Positions 37,615-47,481 of a stretch of DNA of 64,000 bases are shown one piece after another. The DNA is from Candidatus Heimdallarchaeota archaeon (GTDB lineage Archaea > Asgardarchaeota > Heimdallarchaeia > Heimdallarchaeales > Heimdallarchaeaceae): positions 96,001 to 160,000 of the forward strand of contig JAEOSZ010000031.1 of assembly GCA_016840095.1 (NCBI GenBank), in the 5' to 3' direction. The notes below the pieces were generated by a model. That model was not told where the DNA came from, did not search any database, and saw only the letters and a list, made by a program, of their open reading frames with translations. Position 1 is the stretch's first letter. The number at the start of each line of letters is the position of its first letter. A program made the position numbers and the translations under genes.

Positions 37615-38703
37615 TTATTCAGTATACACTATGGAACGATTATTGTCTATCAGTTCAATTTTTTCTCCTTCAAGTCCAGTGAGGTTTGTAAAATAACATG
37701 GCAATCCTCTTGCAGTTAAGAAATCAGTACCCTTCATTAACTGGAAATGAAGATGAGGTGCAGTAGAATTGCCAGAATTTCCTAATAAACCAAGGACTTG
37801 TCCTTGTTTGACTTTCTCTCCTTTGTTCACTTTGATGCTTCCAGGAATTAAATGTGCATAGAATGAACTCTCATTCCCTGAATGTTCAACTATAACGTAG
37901 TTTCCAGCAACTATAGGTTTGTATCCATGTTTTTCAAAGGTCTCCTTGACTAATTCTTGAGACATTAATTCCCCAGCTACAGGATTTTCTGGAATTAAAT
38001 CAAAAGTATCAATAACCTCTCCATCAGCAATAGCAAGAACTTCTTTTCCATGGAAACAGAAATTTTCATTATTATTCCCTTTTGGAGGAAGGAAATTCAT
38101 ATTCTCATCCAATTGTCCTAAATCAAAACCAAATTCCTGCGAATGCATTCTCCTATGTTCGTAAGGATTATCAAAAGTATTAAGCACAAGCCACGTTCCT
38201 TTGAGAGGAAAGATGTACTCATTTCTATTTTCATGTTGGAAGAGATGTATAGTACAAACTTTCTCTTTCTCTTGTTCTTCCTCAATATAAGTTACAGTTA
38301 GAATCAACTTATTTACAGATCCAAAATCCAAATGAGTGAAGTACTCTAATCTAAAACCAGTTTCTTGGTTAGGTTTCAGGATGTTTGAAGAATAATTTTC
38401 TACGTCCCAAAATTGTTCCACTCCTAAGAAAATTTTCGAAACATCAGGATTAACTAATCTGTCTAAAATCTTTTTTACATCTTCAGATTTTTCCTTAATT
38501 ATCTCTTCATTGTAACTGATTGTTCTAACACAGTTATTGTTTTTCAGTATTTCAAATTTGTATTGTACTAACCTAATTACATCATCTGAATCATTTCTAA
38601 TTTTAACTGCTCTTAAAAGAAAAGTAGATTCTACCCTTTCAATGTAATCTAGTTTTCTTAAACCATTAATCAAGTAATCCGAAGGAAGATAAGAGATTTC
38701 CAT
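37615..38703 (-). CDS. M23 family metallopeptidase
   Basis: VLAIADGEV, GNYVIVEH, YAHL, GNSGNSTAPHLHFQ. Confidence 0.9.
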   Translation of the reverse strand: MEISYLPSDYLINGLRKLDYIERVESTFLLRAVKIRNDSDDVIRLVQYKFEILKNNNCVRTISYNEEIIKEKSEDVKKILDRLVNPDVSKIFLGVEQFWDVENYSSNILKPNQETGFRLEYFTHLDFGSVNKLILTVTYIEEEQEKEKVCTIHLFQHENRNEYIFPLKGTWLVLNTFDNPYEHRRMHSQEFGFDLGQLDENMNFLPPKGNNNENFCFHGKEVLAIADGEVIDTFDLIPENPVAGELMSQELVKETFEKHGYKPIVAGNYVIVEHSGNESSFYAHLIPGSIKVNKGEKVKQGQVLGLLGNSGNSTAPHLHFQLMKGTDFLTARGLPCYFTNLTGLEGEKIELIDNNRSIVYTE

Positions 38704-38769
38704 ATCCGTGAGTTAAGTATCTGATATAATAATATTACTAGATATACCTTCCCTTAACTGTCCAATTCA

Positions 38770-40356
38770 TCAAATATATGTAATAGTATTATTAGCGAGT
38801 ATACATGCAAGTTCCTCTTGATCAATGTTGCCACTGACTAAATCAACATCATTGTCAAATGCAAGTGTATTGTTTTCTATTCTGAAATTTGTACAGTTGT
38901 AGATTGTAAAAACTTGAAAATAGTTAATCGAAATAAAGAAGCAAAAGTAAATATCAATATTTGAGGAATAATACATTGCAACTGCCGTTCTTCCACTCAT
39001 AGCTGTTGAATTTGTAATCAGAATATTTGTCGAATTTATGATCGTGATTTTCCTTCCAAAAGCGCTAGCTAAAGGACATGCTATGTTCAGAAATTCAATA
39101 CTAATATTCTGTGAAAAACTCAAATAAAATTCTAGAGTAGTAGCATCTATATATGAAAGATTTCCTTTTTGCGAGTATCTAATGGATATGAGTCCAGCCG
39201 TCATGTTTAGTTGATATAGATTTAAATGAGTGGAATTTCTAAAATAGAAACTTCCTTCAATAACTGATGAATTAGTTATATTGATTTCTGAGCAATTTAG
39301 AAATGATAATGAGTATCCTTCAAAATCCGATTGACTAATAGTTATTACCTGGCAGTTGATCAAATTTAATCTATTACTCAAGCTTTCTTCTGAAAAATTT
39401 TGTTCAATGAAGGAGATATTCCTGCAGTTATAGAATAAGAAGTAAGAATATTTTTCATCAATATTTAAGTCTGTTTTGTTTTTGTGTACTTGTAAATTTC
39501 TTCCATTCAAGAAAGTATTTTCAATCAAAATGTTATCATAAAATTCTATATCAAACATGTTAAGAGATACTGCGTAATTGGATAAATTAATGTTTATCAT
39601 AGTTAAGTGAAAAGCATCTAGAATATACAATTCTGCACCTTTACCTGGGGAGCTGTAGAAGTAATTGTTATCAAGAATAACATTATTTGTGTAGCAAATA
39701 CTAAACTGCATTTTGTTTTCTACTAAAGTATTGTTTACAAACCAGAAATTCTTATTGTTTACTTCATAATTTGATATCTTTGGTTCACCGTATAATTGGT
39801 TAAATTCAGTACTCAAGCTTACTATTTCATAGTTTGAACTGAATTCACAGTTAGAAATTGTGAGATTCTCAAAGTTATTTAGTACAATACTACGACCACC
39901 ATTTCTGAATTCACAGTTGTCAATTACAACAGACCCTTCGCTAACTTTTGTGATTTTTATTGGATTCCATTTAGTATTCTCAAAAACGCAATTCTTAATT
40001 TGATAACTGAAATTGCTTAAATCATACAATCTTATACCGTATTCTACATTTTTGAAAGTACAATTTTGAATTATGAAGTTTTTTGAAGTTGAGCTGATTT
40101 TTATTAATGCTTGGTAAGGAGTTCTTGTTTTTGTAAATTCAAGATTCTCTATTCTATATGGATTTTCAAGAGTTCCTGCTCCAGGGATGAAATATCGGTT
40201 AAAATCACTATCCTTACTGATATCGATTCCATATCTTGGTAACCTATAATATGCTAATACTGGAATAATGACTGATAGTACTATTAACACACTAACCACT
40301 ATCACCCATAATCTGGATAACTTCAATGCAAACCACATTTTGATACTCAGAAGCAT
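38770..40356 (-). CDS. Membrane-anchored right-handed beta-helix (NosD/pectin lyase-like) protein
   Basis: N-terminal TM, GAGTLENPYRIENL, repeated IxNCxF/IxNN turns. Confidence 0.8.
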   Translation of the reverse strand: MLLSIKMWFALKLSRLWVIVVSVLIVLSVIIPVLAYYRLPRYGIDISKDSDFNRYFIPGAGTLENPYRIENLEFTKTRTPYQALIKISSTSKNFIIQNCTFKNVEYGIRLYDLSNFSYQIKNCVFENTKWNPIKITKVSEGSVVIDNCEFRNGGRSIVLNNFENLTISNCEFSSNYEIVSLSTEFNQLYGEPKISNYEVNNKNFWFVNNTLVENKMQFSICYTNNVILDNNYFYSSPGKGAELYILDAFHLTMININLSNYAVSLNMFDIEFYDNILIENTFLNGRNLQVHKNKTDLNIDEKYSYFLFYNCRNISFIEQNFSEESLSNRLNLINCQVITISQSDFEGYSLSFLNCSEINITNSSVIEGSFYFRNSTHLNLYQLNMTAGLISIRYSQKGNLSYIDATTLEFYLSFSQNISIEFLNIACPLASAFGRKITIINSTNILITNSTAMSGRTAVAMYYSSNIDIYFCFFISINYFQVFTIYNCTNFRIENNTLAFDNDVDLVSGNIDQEELACILANNTITYI

Positions 40357-40397
40357 TAATAATAGTTTTGCAAACCAAAACTAAAGTTCAAATAATA

Positions 40398-41072
40398 TTA
40401 GTTATCCAATGTAACCTTCTTATTTACTATAATCAAAAATCTAGCTAATATCAGTGTAAAGTAGATGAAGAATGCGTAAATTGTAACCTTTTCAAGTATT
40501 CCCAAAGTGGCCCAGATAAACCATTGGAAGAAAATCATTGCGATTCCATAAGCTAAGAAGCAAATTATAATGATGAAGATAACAGAATAATCGAGAACCC
40601 AAATCTTGAACTGTTTATATCTAGAGTTCTTATCCATTGTTTTAACATAGATTCCCCATAAAATAGCAGCTACAATTACAAATAGATAAGCACCAACTGC
40701 AAAGATGATGTGAAGTACAAAAAAATCTCCTTCGTTGAAAACACCAGCAAGAGCAAGGAAAGGACCTATAAGAGTTCCAGATATAGTAAGAGCAATGCTT
40801 AATTTTGGTTTGTGATCTCCTTCTTTCTTTAGATTATAATAGATTGCTGGAAAACAAGGTATCATTAGAACTCCTGAAAAAAGCAATGTCAAGTTGAAAT
40901 ACATTGCATAGGGATTGTCATGTCCCGTAACTGATATTACATCTTTGATGAAATCGTGATCTTCAACAAGTAACATAACTGTTAATGTTCCAACAATGAA
41001 AAGAATTATTGAAATGATAGCACTAATTAATCCTGCATTAATGAGTAGCTTTGTTCTTCTTTCTGTAAGCAT
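40398..41072 (-). CDS. DUF998-like membrane protein
   Basis: ISVTG, FNLTLLFSG, GVF...LHIIFA, ILEK; about 6 TM. Confidence 0.65.
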   Translation of the reverse strand: MLTERRTKLLINAGLISAIISIILFIVGTLTVMLLVEDHDFIKDVISVTGHDNPYAMYFNLTLLFSGVLMIPCFPAIYYNLKKEGDHKPKLSIALTISGTLIGPFLALAGVFNEGDFFVLHIIFAVGAYLFVIVAAILWGIYVKTMDKNSRYKQFKIWVLDYSVIFIIIICFLAYGIAMIFFQWFIWATLGILEKVTIYAFFIYFTLILARFLIIVNKKVTLDN

Positions 41073-41160
41073 TCAACAAAAGAGAAAGAAAAAGATATTT
41101 ATTTTTATCGGATAATCGATGATACCCATTATTTATATATTTTAGCAAGTTATTTCTCTT

Positions 41161-41637
41161 ATGACATCTATCAAAGTAGCAATCATAAACGAGATGAGAG
41201 CTGTTTTTAAAATGCTGAATGATGCTATTTCTAGGATTGAAGGAGATTTTTGGAAAGAGAAGGAAAATGAATGGATGTATGGATATGTACTCTTTCATTC
41301 AATTGAAGCAATCGAATTCTACATGTCTGATTCTTCAGATTCTTGGATTCCTCTAAGTGGTGTATCAGAAAATTCTGAAGAAAAAGAAACAGAGACTTTG
41401 AAAACTCTGAATCAGAAGTTTTTCAAAAATTATCTCCATAAAGTAGAGAAACATACTTTCAATGTATTAGATAAACTGACAGACAAAGATTTACTGGAAA
41501 ATGATGGATTTGGTGTAAGAGGGTTCACTTCTAGATTACACAAGTTCTCATACGTAATTAGACATTCAATGGTTCATCTTGGAGAGCTCTCTAAGACTGT
41601 ACGTGATTTCGGAATGAAGAGTATTAAGTGGGAATAG
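41161..41637 (+). CDS. DinB/YfiT-like protein
   Basis: LFHSIE...RHSMVHLGEL His triad. Confidence 0.75.
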   Translation: MTSIKVAIINEMRAVFKMLNDAISRIEGDFWKEKENEWMYGYVLFHSIEAIEFYMSDSSDSWIPLSGVSENSEEKETETLKTLNQKFFKNYLHKVEKHTFNVLDKLTDKDLLENDGFGVRGFTSRLHKFSYVIRHSMVHLGELSKTVRDFGMKSIKWE

Positions 41638-41642
41638 TTTTT

Positions 41643-42941
41643 CTATTTGATTAGAAGTATTCTCTCATTTGGTGGGTATAACCACTTTACTCCATCTTTA
41701 GTTACAACTGCATTATCTTCTATATTGAAGCGTACTTTCCAACCATTCCATTCTGGGTTTGGAGTATAAGCCATAAATTCAAACGCAAATAGATTATTTT
41801 CTTTTATTACTAAATGAGCTCGATCTTTGCGAAAACCTGCAATTGATGGACCTGAAGCAACTTCACTATTTCCAGTATTCCCAACACAATGACAATCTAT
41901 CATTACTTCCGTTTTTCCAGGATATTTTTGATTCTCATTTGGTTCTATACTAGGTCCCCCTCCTAACATTGGATCAACAGTTAGTGGAAAATAAACAAAA
42001 CCAGCGTTTTCAAGAGCTTTTCCAACCTTTTCTAATGTTTCAGCTGCAGTTTGACCTACTTTGATCTCTTGCTTGATTACTTCTCTTGCTTCCAATGCTC
42101 TATCCCATCCAAACTGTATTCCACTTGGTACTGAAGTTTCACTATCATTCAATACATAAGCTACTCTCTTAAAATCCGTACCGAAGTTCATGTGACTAAT
42201 TCCAAAATCATACTGCATCAGATCACCTTTTTGAATAATATAATCAGTAGAGCTAAATTCCTCTCTCTTTGAGGTATCTGAATGAATGATCATAGGTGTA
42301 GCCAAATCAAAAGTTGAACTCATTCCATGTGTGATTAGTTGATCTTCCATCCACCAACCAACATCTGCTAAAGATGTTTCACCAGGAGTGATAACTTCAT
42401 TAGATAAAGCTCTTTCGAGAAGTTGTCTAGCTATTTCACAAATTTTAGAATAAACATCAATTTCGATTTGGACTCTTCTTGTTCTAAAATCTGTTATGAC
42501 TATTTCAGCTGAAGTAATTCTTTCGGAATATTCACCTAAAGCTTGAGTTAGTTTTCGATATTCTGAGAGTGAGATACCATCAGCAACAGCTAACCATTCA
42601 GAAGTGTTTACAGCGATTGACTTCGGATTTCTCTCTGAAACGAATTCATACAGCTTTTCCCGTGGTTCAATAATATCATAGACATCTAACATCTCTAGAT
42701 CTTCTTCATATCCACCTAAGACAGCTCTTTCAATACGAGATTCTCCAATATCTGTAAAAATGAAGTAACCATCATTACCACCTAGATCAATAGTGAGTGG
42801 GTCAGGATTTCCTTCTCTCATAACATGAATCCACATGTCTATGTTGTTTTCTCTCAATGCTAAAGGTAAAACTGAATCGAATTTTTCTTTTCTAATTTGG
42901 TTAAGAGTCTCCCATCGTTTACGTGCATCATACATCATCAC
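41643..42941 (-). CDS. M24 family (Xaa-Pro aminopeptidase-like) peptidase
   Basis: GDLMQYDFG, TDFKRVAY, HCVG, AFEF, IEDNAVV. Confidence 0.82.
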   Translation of the reverse strand: MMMYDARKRWETLNQIRKEKFDSVLPLALRENNIDMWIHVMREGNPDPLTIDLGGNDGYFIFTDIGESRIERAVLGGYEEDLEMLDVYDIIEPREKLYEFVSERNPKSIAVNTSEWLAVADGISLSEYRKLTQALGEYSERITSAEIVITDFRTRRVQIEIDVYSKICEIARQLLERALSNEVITPGETSLADVGWWMEDQLITHGMSSTFDLATPMIIHSDTSKREEFSSTDYIIQKGDLMQYDFGISHMNFGTDFKRVAYVLNDSETSVPSGIQFGWDRALEAREVIKQEIKVGQTAAETLEKVGKALENAGFVYFPLTVDPMLGGGPSIEPNENQKYPGKTEVMIDCHCVGNTGNSEVASGPSIAGFRKDRAHLVIKENNLFAFEFMAYTPNPEWNGWKVRFNIEDNAVVTKDGVKWLYPPNERILLIK

Positions 42942-43120
42942 ACATCTCTGAAGGAAATTAAATCTCTTATTTCTTAAATCTGTTCCAAAAGTAATAGCTA
43001 AATTTTATCTGAGAGAATATATCTATCATCTTTACACTAGTTTTGAAACTGTAGTTTGAACAATTTCCCTCTACTCCTAAAGAAGTCTTTATATTTAATA
43101 ATAATCTTTGTAGTATTGAA

Positions 43121-43501
43121 ATGAGTTTGCGAAGTTTGCGAAGACGTAGATCTTTTAATGGAGTTATAACTTTCTTAATAATAATTCTTGTTGGACTATT
43201 AGTAGCAGGAATTGTTACTAGAAGGCCAGTATTCTATATACTAGATGGGATAATCCTGTTCTTCATTATTCTAAGTGTTGTTCTTCTATTCAATTTTCTG
43301 AAAAAGACAGGTCAAGAAACATCTAGCACCCGTAGAAGCACCTATGATATTCTTGAAGGAAGGGAAATCAAAGGATTGAAAGTAGAAAAGGAAGAAGTAT
43401 CTGAATCTAAGAAAGATAAGGGTGCAGGTTTTTGCCAACATTGTGGCATGAAGTTAGAGCCAGGAATGAAGTTCTGTAGCAATTGTGGAAAGTCTAATTA
43501 G
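43121..43501 (+). CDS. Membrane protein with C-terminal zinc ribbon
   Basis: 2 TM, FCQHCG...FCSNCG. Confidence 0.8.
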   Translation: MSLRSLRRRRSFNGVITFLIIILVGLLVAGIVTRRPVFYILDGIILFFIILSVVLLFNFLKKTGQETSSTRRSTYDILEGREIKGLKVEKEEVSESKKDKGAGFCQHCGMKLEPGMKFCSNCGKSN

Positions 43502-44534
43502 AACCTTTATTATCCTCTTTCATCATTCTAGGAATAGAGATAATTGAATCATGAATTATATTATCTTGTACATAAACATTAAAACAATCAGTGAACTCAA
43601 AGGGAAGGCTTTCATTGTACATTCTATATACCGTATTGTTTGTAATAAACAATGATGTACTGTTGTAAGCAATAAGAGCTATTTCTCTAATATCTATAGT
43701 GTTGTTGTCCACTTGTATTTGATTTGAATCTACTATTAGTATACCGTAGACCCTATCTGAAGCACTAATGCTGTTGTTACAAATTGTTATATTATTACTT
43801 AGTAGTATTTTAAGAGTCCCATGTGAAAAATAATAAGGATTATAATCACTATTTAGCTTAAGAGAAAAGACATACTCGACATAGTAGTCTGAGTTATGAG
43901 TATTGTTTCTTATAATTGCGTTCATAGAATTTACAAGCAATATTTCACAAAAGAAAAAACTGTTTTCAATTAAACAGTTGTCTGAATTTTCTAACATTAA
44001 TCCATTCCCCTTATGATTTAGATTATAATCTCTCAGAAACTCATTATTGCCATAATGTGTGTTATTTGAGATTCTAACACCATCTGAATCTTTAATCAAT
44101 AATCCTCCCATAGCTCTAGGATTATCCCAAGGAGTTTGAAAAACAACAACAAAAGTACAATTTTCAATTAAACATGTGTTATCTGCAATTGATGTTATTT
44201 TTAATCCATAATTTCCTCCTAAGATTGTACAATTTCTTACTACGAAATGCTTAGATGTAAAACTGATTTCTAATGCTGTATATGTCTCTTTAAGCCATGT
44301 TTCATTTGTTCCCAAAATAAGATTTTCAATGAAATATGGATCCTCAGCTGTTCCACTGCCTTGAAAATCAAATTTTTCAAAATCACTATCCGAATCTATC
44401 AGTAAAGTATTTTCAGCGACAGGACAAGAAGGACAAGGATATCTGAAAGCTAGGAAGACAACTAAGAAATAAGAGGTAACTGCTAGAATAACAATGCTCA
44501 TGATGCTTATGACAATTTTTTGTGCAGTATTCAT
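43494..44534 (-). CDS. Membrane-anchored right-handed beta-helix protein (paralog of 38770..40356)
   Basis: GSGTAEDPYFIENL, repeated IxNN turns. Confidence 0.8.
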   Translation of the reverse strand: MNTAQKIVISIMSIVILAVTSYFLVVFLAFRYPCPSCPVAENTLLIDSDSDFEKFDFQGSGTAEDPYFIENLILGTNETWLKETYTALEISFTSKHFVVRNCTILGGNYGLKITSIADNTCLIENCTFVVVFQTPWDNPRAMGGLLIKDSDGVRISNNTHYGNNEFLRDYNLNHKGNGLMLENSDNCLIENSFFFCEILLVNSMNAIIRNNTHNSDYYVEYVFSLKLNSDYNPYYFSHGTLKILLSNNITICNNSISASDRVYGILIVDSNQIQVDNNTIDIREIALIAYNSTSLFITNNTVYRMYNESLPFEFTDCFNVYVQDNIIHDSIISIPRMMKEDNKGSN

Positions 44535-44540
44535 TTTACA

Positions 44541-44564
44541 ATCAACATATCAACATATCAACAT
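44541..44564. repeat. Tandem octamer (ATCAACAT)x3
   Basis: Three perfect copies 6 bp upstream of the minus-strand ATG at 44534. Confidence 0.85.
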
Positions 44565-44656
44565 ATTACAATACTTTATTTAAATCTTTCTGAATTATAG
44601 GTATCTTATTAGAAATACCTATCTTCTGAATTACCCACATCTTCTTGTTTTGTCAT

Positions 44657-44712
44657 CCTTCTCGTTAGGGAAGTTAATTTCAAAGAAGTGGAAATAATAC
44701 CCTTATTAGAAG
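44657..44712 (+). repeat. 56-bp intergenic repeat, copy A (imperfect hairpin)
   Basis: Ungapped match to 46226-46281 with 12 mismatches by manual count. Confidence 0.75.
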
Positions 44713-44733
44713 GGGGTTGATTTACTCCAAAAC

Positions 44734-45177
44734 TCATATATTTTTTCTTAAGGAATATAGTAATGTAGTAATTGGAGTTACAATAGTAAATACTAACATT
44801 ATAGTTAGATAAAGAAATAAATCTACATAAACTCTACATGCTCTTTTATCAATAATTAAGTAGATTGAGTATAATATGATGAAGAGTAAACTATTGATTA
44901 TTCGAAGAAGATTATGGAACTCAGGATAAAGATCCTCATCTCTATTAATGAAATCATATGTCATAAATGGAAAAGTAAAAACTATCCAATAAAAATAGAA
45001 GAAGATTTTAACCCAAAGCTTTAGAGCAACAACATCACAGGTAGCTGCACCTGGAGGATGAGTAATAAATAATAATACAAAGAAAATGATTATTGTAAAG
45101 AAGAGATTACTCTCAAGCAAAAAGAGCACAGTTTTGAAACTAATTATCTGTTCTGCCTTTGTATGTGTTTTTTCCAT
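44734..45177 (-). CDS. Hypothetical membrane protein (4 TM)
   Basis: Four hydrophobic segments. Confidence 0.6.
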   Translation of the reverse strand: MEKTHTKAEQIISFKTVLFLLESNLFFTIIIFFVLLFITHPPGAATCDVVALKLWVKIFFYFYWIVFTFPFMTYDFINRDEDLYPEFHNLLRIINSLLFIILYSIYLIIDKRACRVYVDLFLYLTIMLVFTIVTPITTLLYSLRKNI

Positions 45178-45244
45178 TACACTAACAAAAATGAATGTGT
45201 CTAAAAACTTTACTCCGATTCAAGAATAAATATCTGGTTTCTTA

Positions 45245-45270
45245 AAATAATACCCTTCTTGGAAATACCT
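45245..45270 (+). repeat. Partial copy of the 56-bp repeat (right half)
   Basis: aaataatacccttcttggaa matches aaataatacc(c/t)tt(a/c)tt in copies A and B. Confidence 0.55.
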
Positions 45271-45361
45271 CTGAAATTTATTTATACTACTAACAATTTA
45301 AATAGTAGTTTATTCAAAGTACAAGTTTAAGAATAAAAATTAAGTTTAAGGAGTTAAAACA

Positions 45362-46189
45362 ATGAAAAACAGAAAAATTCTCTCTTATCTAATAGTGTTA
45401 TTATTCTTACTTCTATTTTCCTCAAGTAGCTTATTCATCATGAATGTGCAAGGAGCATTTTATTCTGATAATTTGTCAGCTGGTACAGAATTAAAATGGA
45501 AATTGTCAATTGAGGATGTTGTTCCTATAGAAGACATAGATCAGTATAGACTTAACATTACAGCAACAGAATCTCTAAGTGATGGAGATACCTTCAAAAT
45601 AGTACTTGCAAAAGATCCTGATTTGTTAGGAGCTCCAGGTTTGGATGGAATTTTTGACACATCAGACTATTGGGCTGATTTCTACATCAATAATATTCAT
45701 ATAGGAAACGACTCTACAGAATTACTTGTATCACGTGATTTTAGCCCTTCAAATGGTCCAGAAATTATTTTCATTTATATTCTACCTACACATTTTGATG
45801 TAGAAAAAACTAGCAGAATTATTCAAGAACATCTAAAAGAAGGATATGAAAATTATGAAGAAAGCAACAGCACATATCTTTATGAGATATCTATTAATTC
45901 TAAAAATTTCTACATGAAATCTTTCATTACAGTTTATGAAAATGCAACAGATACTACTTATGAATACACAACTGAAGTTATATACAATATCAAATGGGGA
46001 GTTCTTGCAAAACTAGATTCTTTGATGACTGCCAAAAATAGTATCTCAAACACAACTGCTCATATACTATTAGAATCAACCAAAACAGGAATCAAAGTGT
46101 CCTATGAATGGATTATTGGTTTCCTAGCAATTATTCTGTCAGGAATAGTAGTAAGATCTCGAAGAAAAGGAAAAATAAAAATAGAGTGA
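45362..46189 (+). CDS. Secreted glycoprotein-like surface protein with C-terminal anchor
   Basis: Signal peptide (..VQG), several N-x-S/T sequons, YNIKWGVL, C-terminal TM plus RSRRK. Confidence 0.7.
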   Translation: MKNRKILSYLIVLLFLLLFSSSSLFIMNVQGAFYSDNLSAGTELKWKLSIEDVVPIEDIDQYRLNITATESLSDGDTFKIVLAKDPDLLGAPGLDGIFDTSDYWADFYINNIHIGNDSTELLVSRDFSPSNGPEIIFIYILPTHFDVEKTSRIIQEHLKEGYENYEESNSTYLYEISINSKNFYMKSFITVYENATDTTYEYTTEVIYNIKWGVLAKLDSLMTAKNSISNTTAHILLESTKTGIKVSYEWIIGFLAIILSGIVVRSRRKGKIKIE

Positions 46190-46225
46190 AGATTAGCTCA
46201 AGATTTAATTAGAGTCTAATTATTA

Positions 46226-46281
46226 CCTTGTCGCTAGGGAACTTAATTTGAAATCGTTGGAAATAATACCTTTCTTGAAAG
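46226..46281 (+). repeat. 56-bp intergenic repeat, copy B
   Basis: ccttgtcgctagggaacttaatttgaaatcgttggaaataatacctttcttgaaag compared with copy A. Confidence 0.75.
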
Positions 46282-46333
46282 TTAACCGCTTCTTTGTAAG
46301 AAATTTAATAAGGTATAAGAAATTCTTGGTGCT

Positions 46334-47362
46334 ATGAAATCTGAAGATGTTTGTGTGAACATACATGCTCTGGAAGTACTTGAAGAGTTGATAAAACACA
46401 GAATAATACCTGAAGATTCTGAACTGGATGACTATACTCAAGTATATGGTGGTGCAGATACTACTATTTTTGAAATAAGCTTCAAAGATTATCCAACGAA
46501 GTATATTCAAAGAATTTTTAGATCTGAAGTATCTAAAGAGCATGCTGAGTTTGAATTCATTATTCAAAAAATCCTTTTTGATAATGATGTCAGTGTTCCA
46601 CAACCATTTCTGATGAAATTTACTCCAAACTCCTTGGAAAGATTCTATTTTATTATGGAGAAAATCGAAGGACCTCAATTAGCTCAAGCATTCGAGAGTA
46701 ATCCTGAACAGTTTGACAACTTACTTTTCAAACAATTTAAAGAACTACATAAAATTCATACAGTTGATCCGAAACTATTTCCTCAAATTGTATCGTTTGA
46801 TATCAAGGAGAATCCTTTTGCACCAGTTGAATATCTTTTAAATCGAAGAAAGTCTTTTCTCGAGAAATATCCTGAAGACCTTAAGGAACTAAAACCTGTT
46901 TTCGACTGGTTAGAAGAACATAAAAAAGATAATCCTTGTAAAAAATTGGTAGTAGTCCATGGAGATTATCATGGTTTTAATATTATTGTTCAAGAAAATC
47001 AAGAATTAAAAATCTTAGATTGGACTGGAATTAGTATTAGTGATTTCAGAAGAGATTTAGCATTTGCAGCTACGACTACAAGTTCGATGGTAGGGGAAGA
47101 TATGTCATCTATAATAGTGAGTGTATATGAACAGATTTCAGGTTTGAAAGTGGAGAATTTGCACTACTTTCTTATTTTAGAAAATATCTTTAACTTGATT
47201 AGATTTTATAGTGGGATAAACAATCCTCTGATTACTAACGAGACTGAAGACACTATGAATTTCTTCAAATCAGTAAGAACCTATCCATTGTTTCTTGTAG
47301 ATTTGATAAAGGAAACTTGTGATATCGAACTTAATCAAATAAAGGAGTTCTTTAAAGAATAG
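46334..47362 (+). CDS. APH/choline kinase-like phosphotransferase
   Basis: VPQP, IMEKIEG, VHGDYHGFNI, ILDW. Confidence 0.85.
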   Translation: MKSEDVCVNIHALEVLEELIKHRIIPEDSELDDYTQVYGGADTTIFEISFKDYPTKYIQRIFRSEVSKEHAEFEFIIQKILFDNDVSVPQPFLMKFTPNSLERFYFIMEKIEGPQLAQAFESNPEQFDNLLFKQFKELHKIHTVDPKLFPQIVSFDIKENPFAPVEYLLNRRKSFLEKYPEDLKELKPVFDWLEEHKKDNPCKKLVVVHGDYHGFNIIVQENQELKILDWTGISISDFRRDLAFAATTTSSMVGEDMSSIIVSVYEQISGLKVENLHYFLILENIFNLIRFYSGINNPLITNETEDTMNFFKSVRTYPLFLVDLIKETCDIELNQIKEFFKE

Positions 47363-47481
47363 CTTAACCATATATTCACAATCCTCTTCCAAGATTTTAG
47401 TCGGACTTTAAAAGTAATATAGAATTAAATTCGTTAAATTGCCTTTTTGGTAACTTTAAATAGGTTTCATTTCAATTATTT

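Noticed and set aside
44657-46287. Canonical integron attC sites
   Set aside because: Ends only approximate RYYYAAC/GTTRRRY (GTCTAAT...GTTAACC at copy B), flanking genes are not co-oriented, and no integron integrase is in the window.
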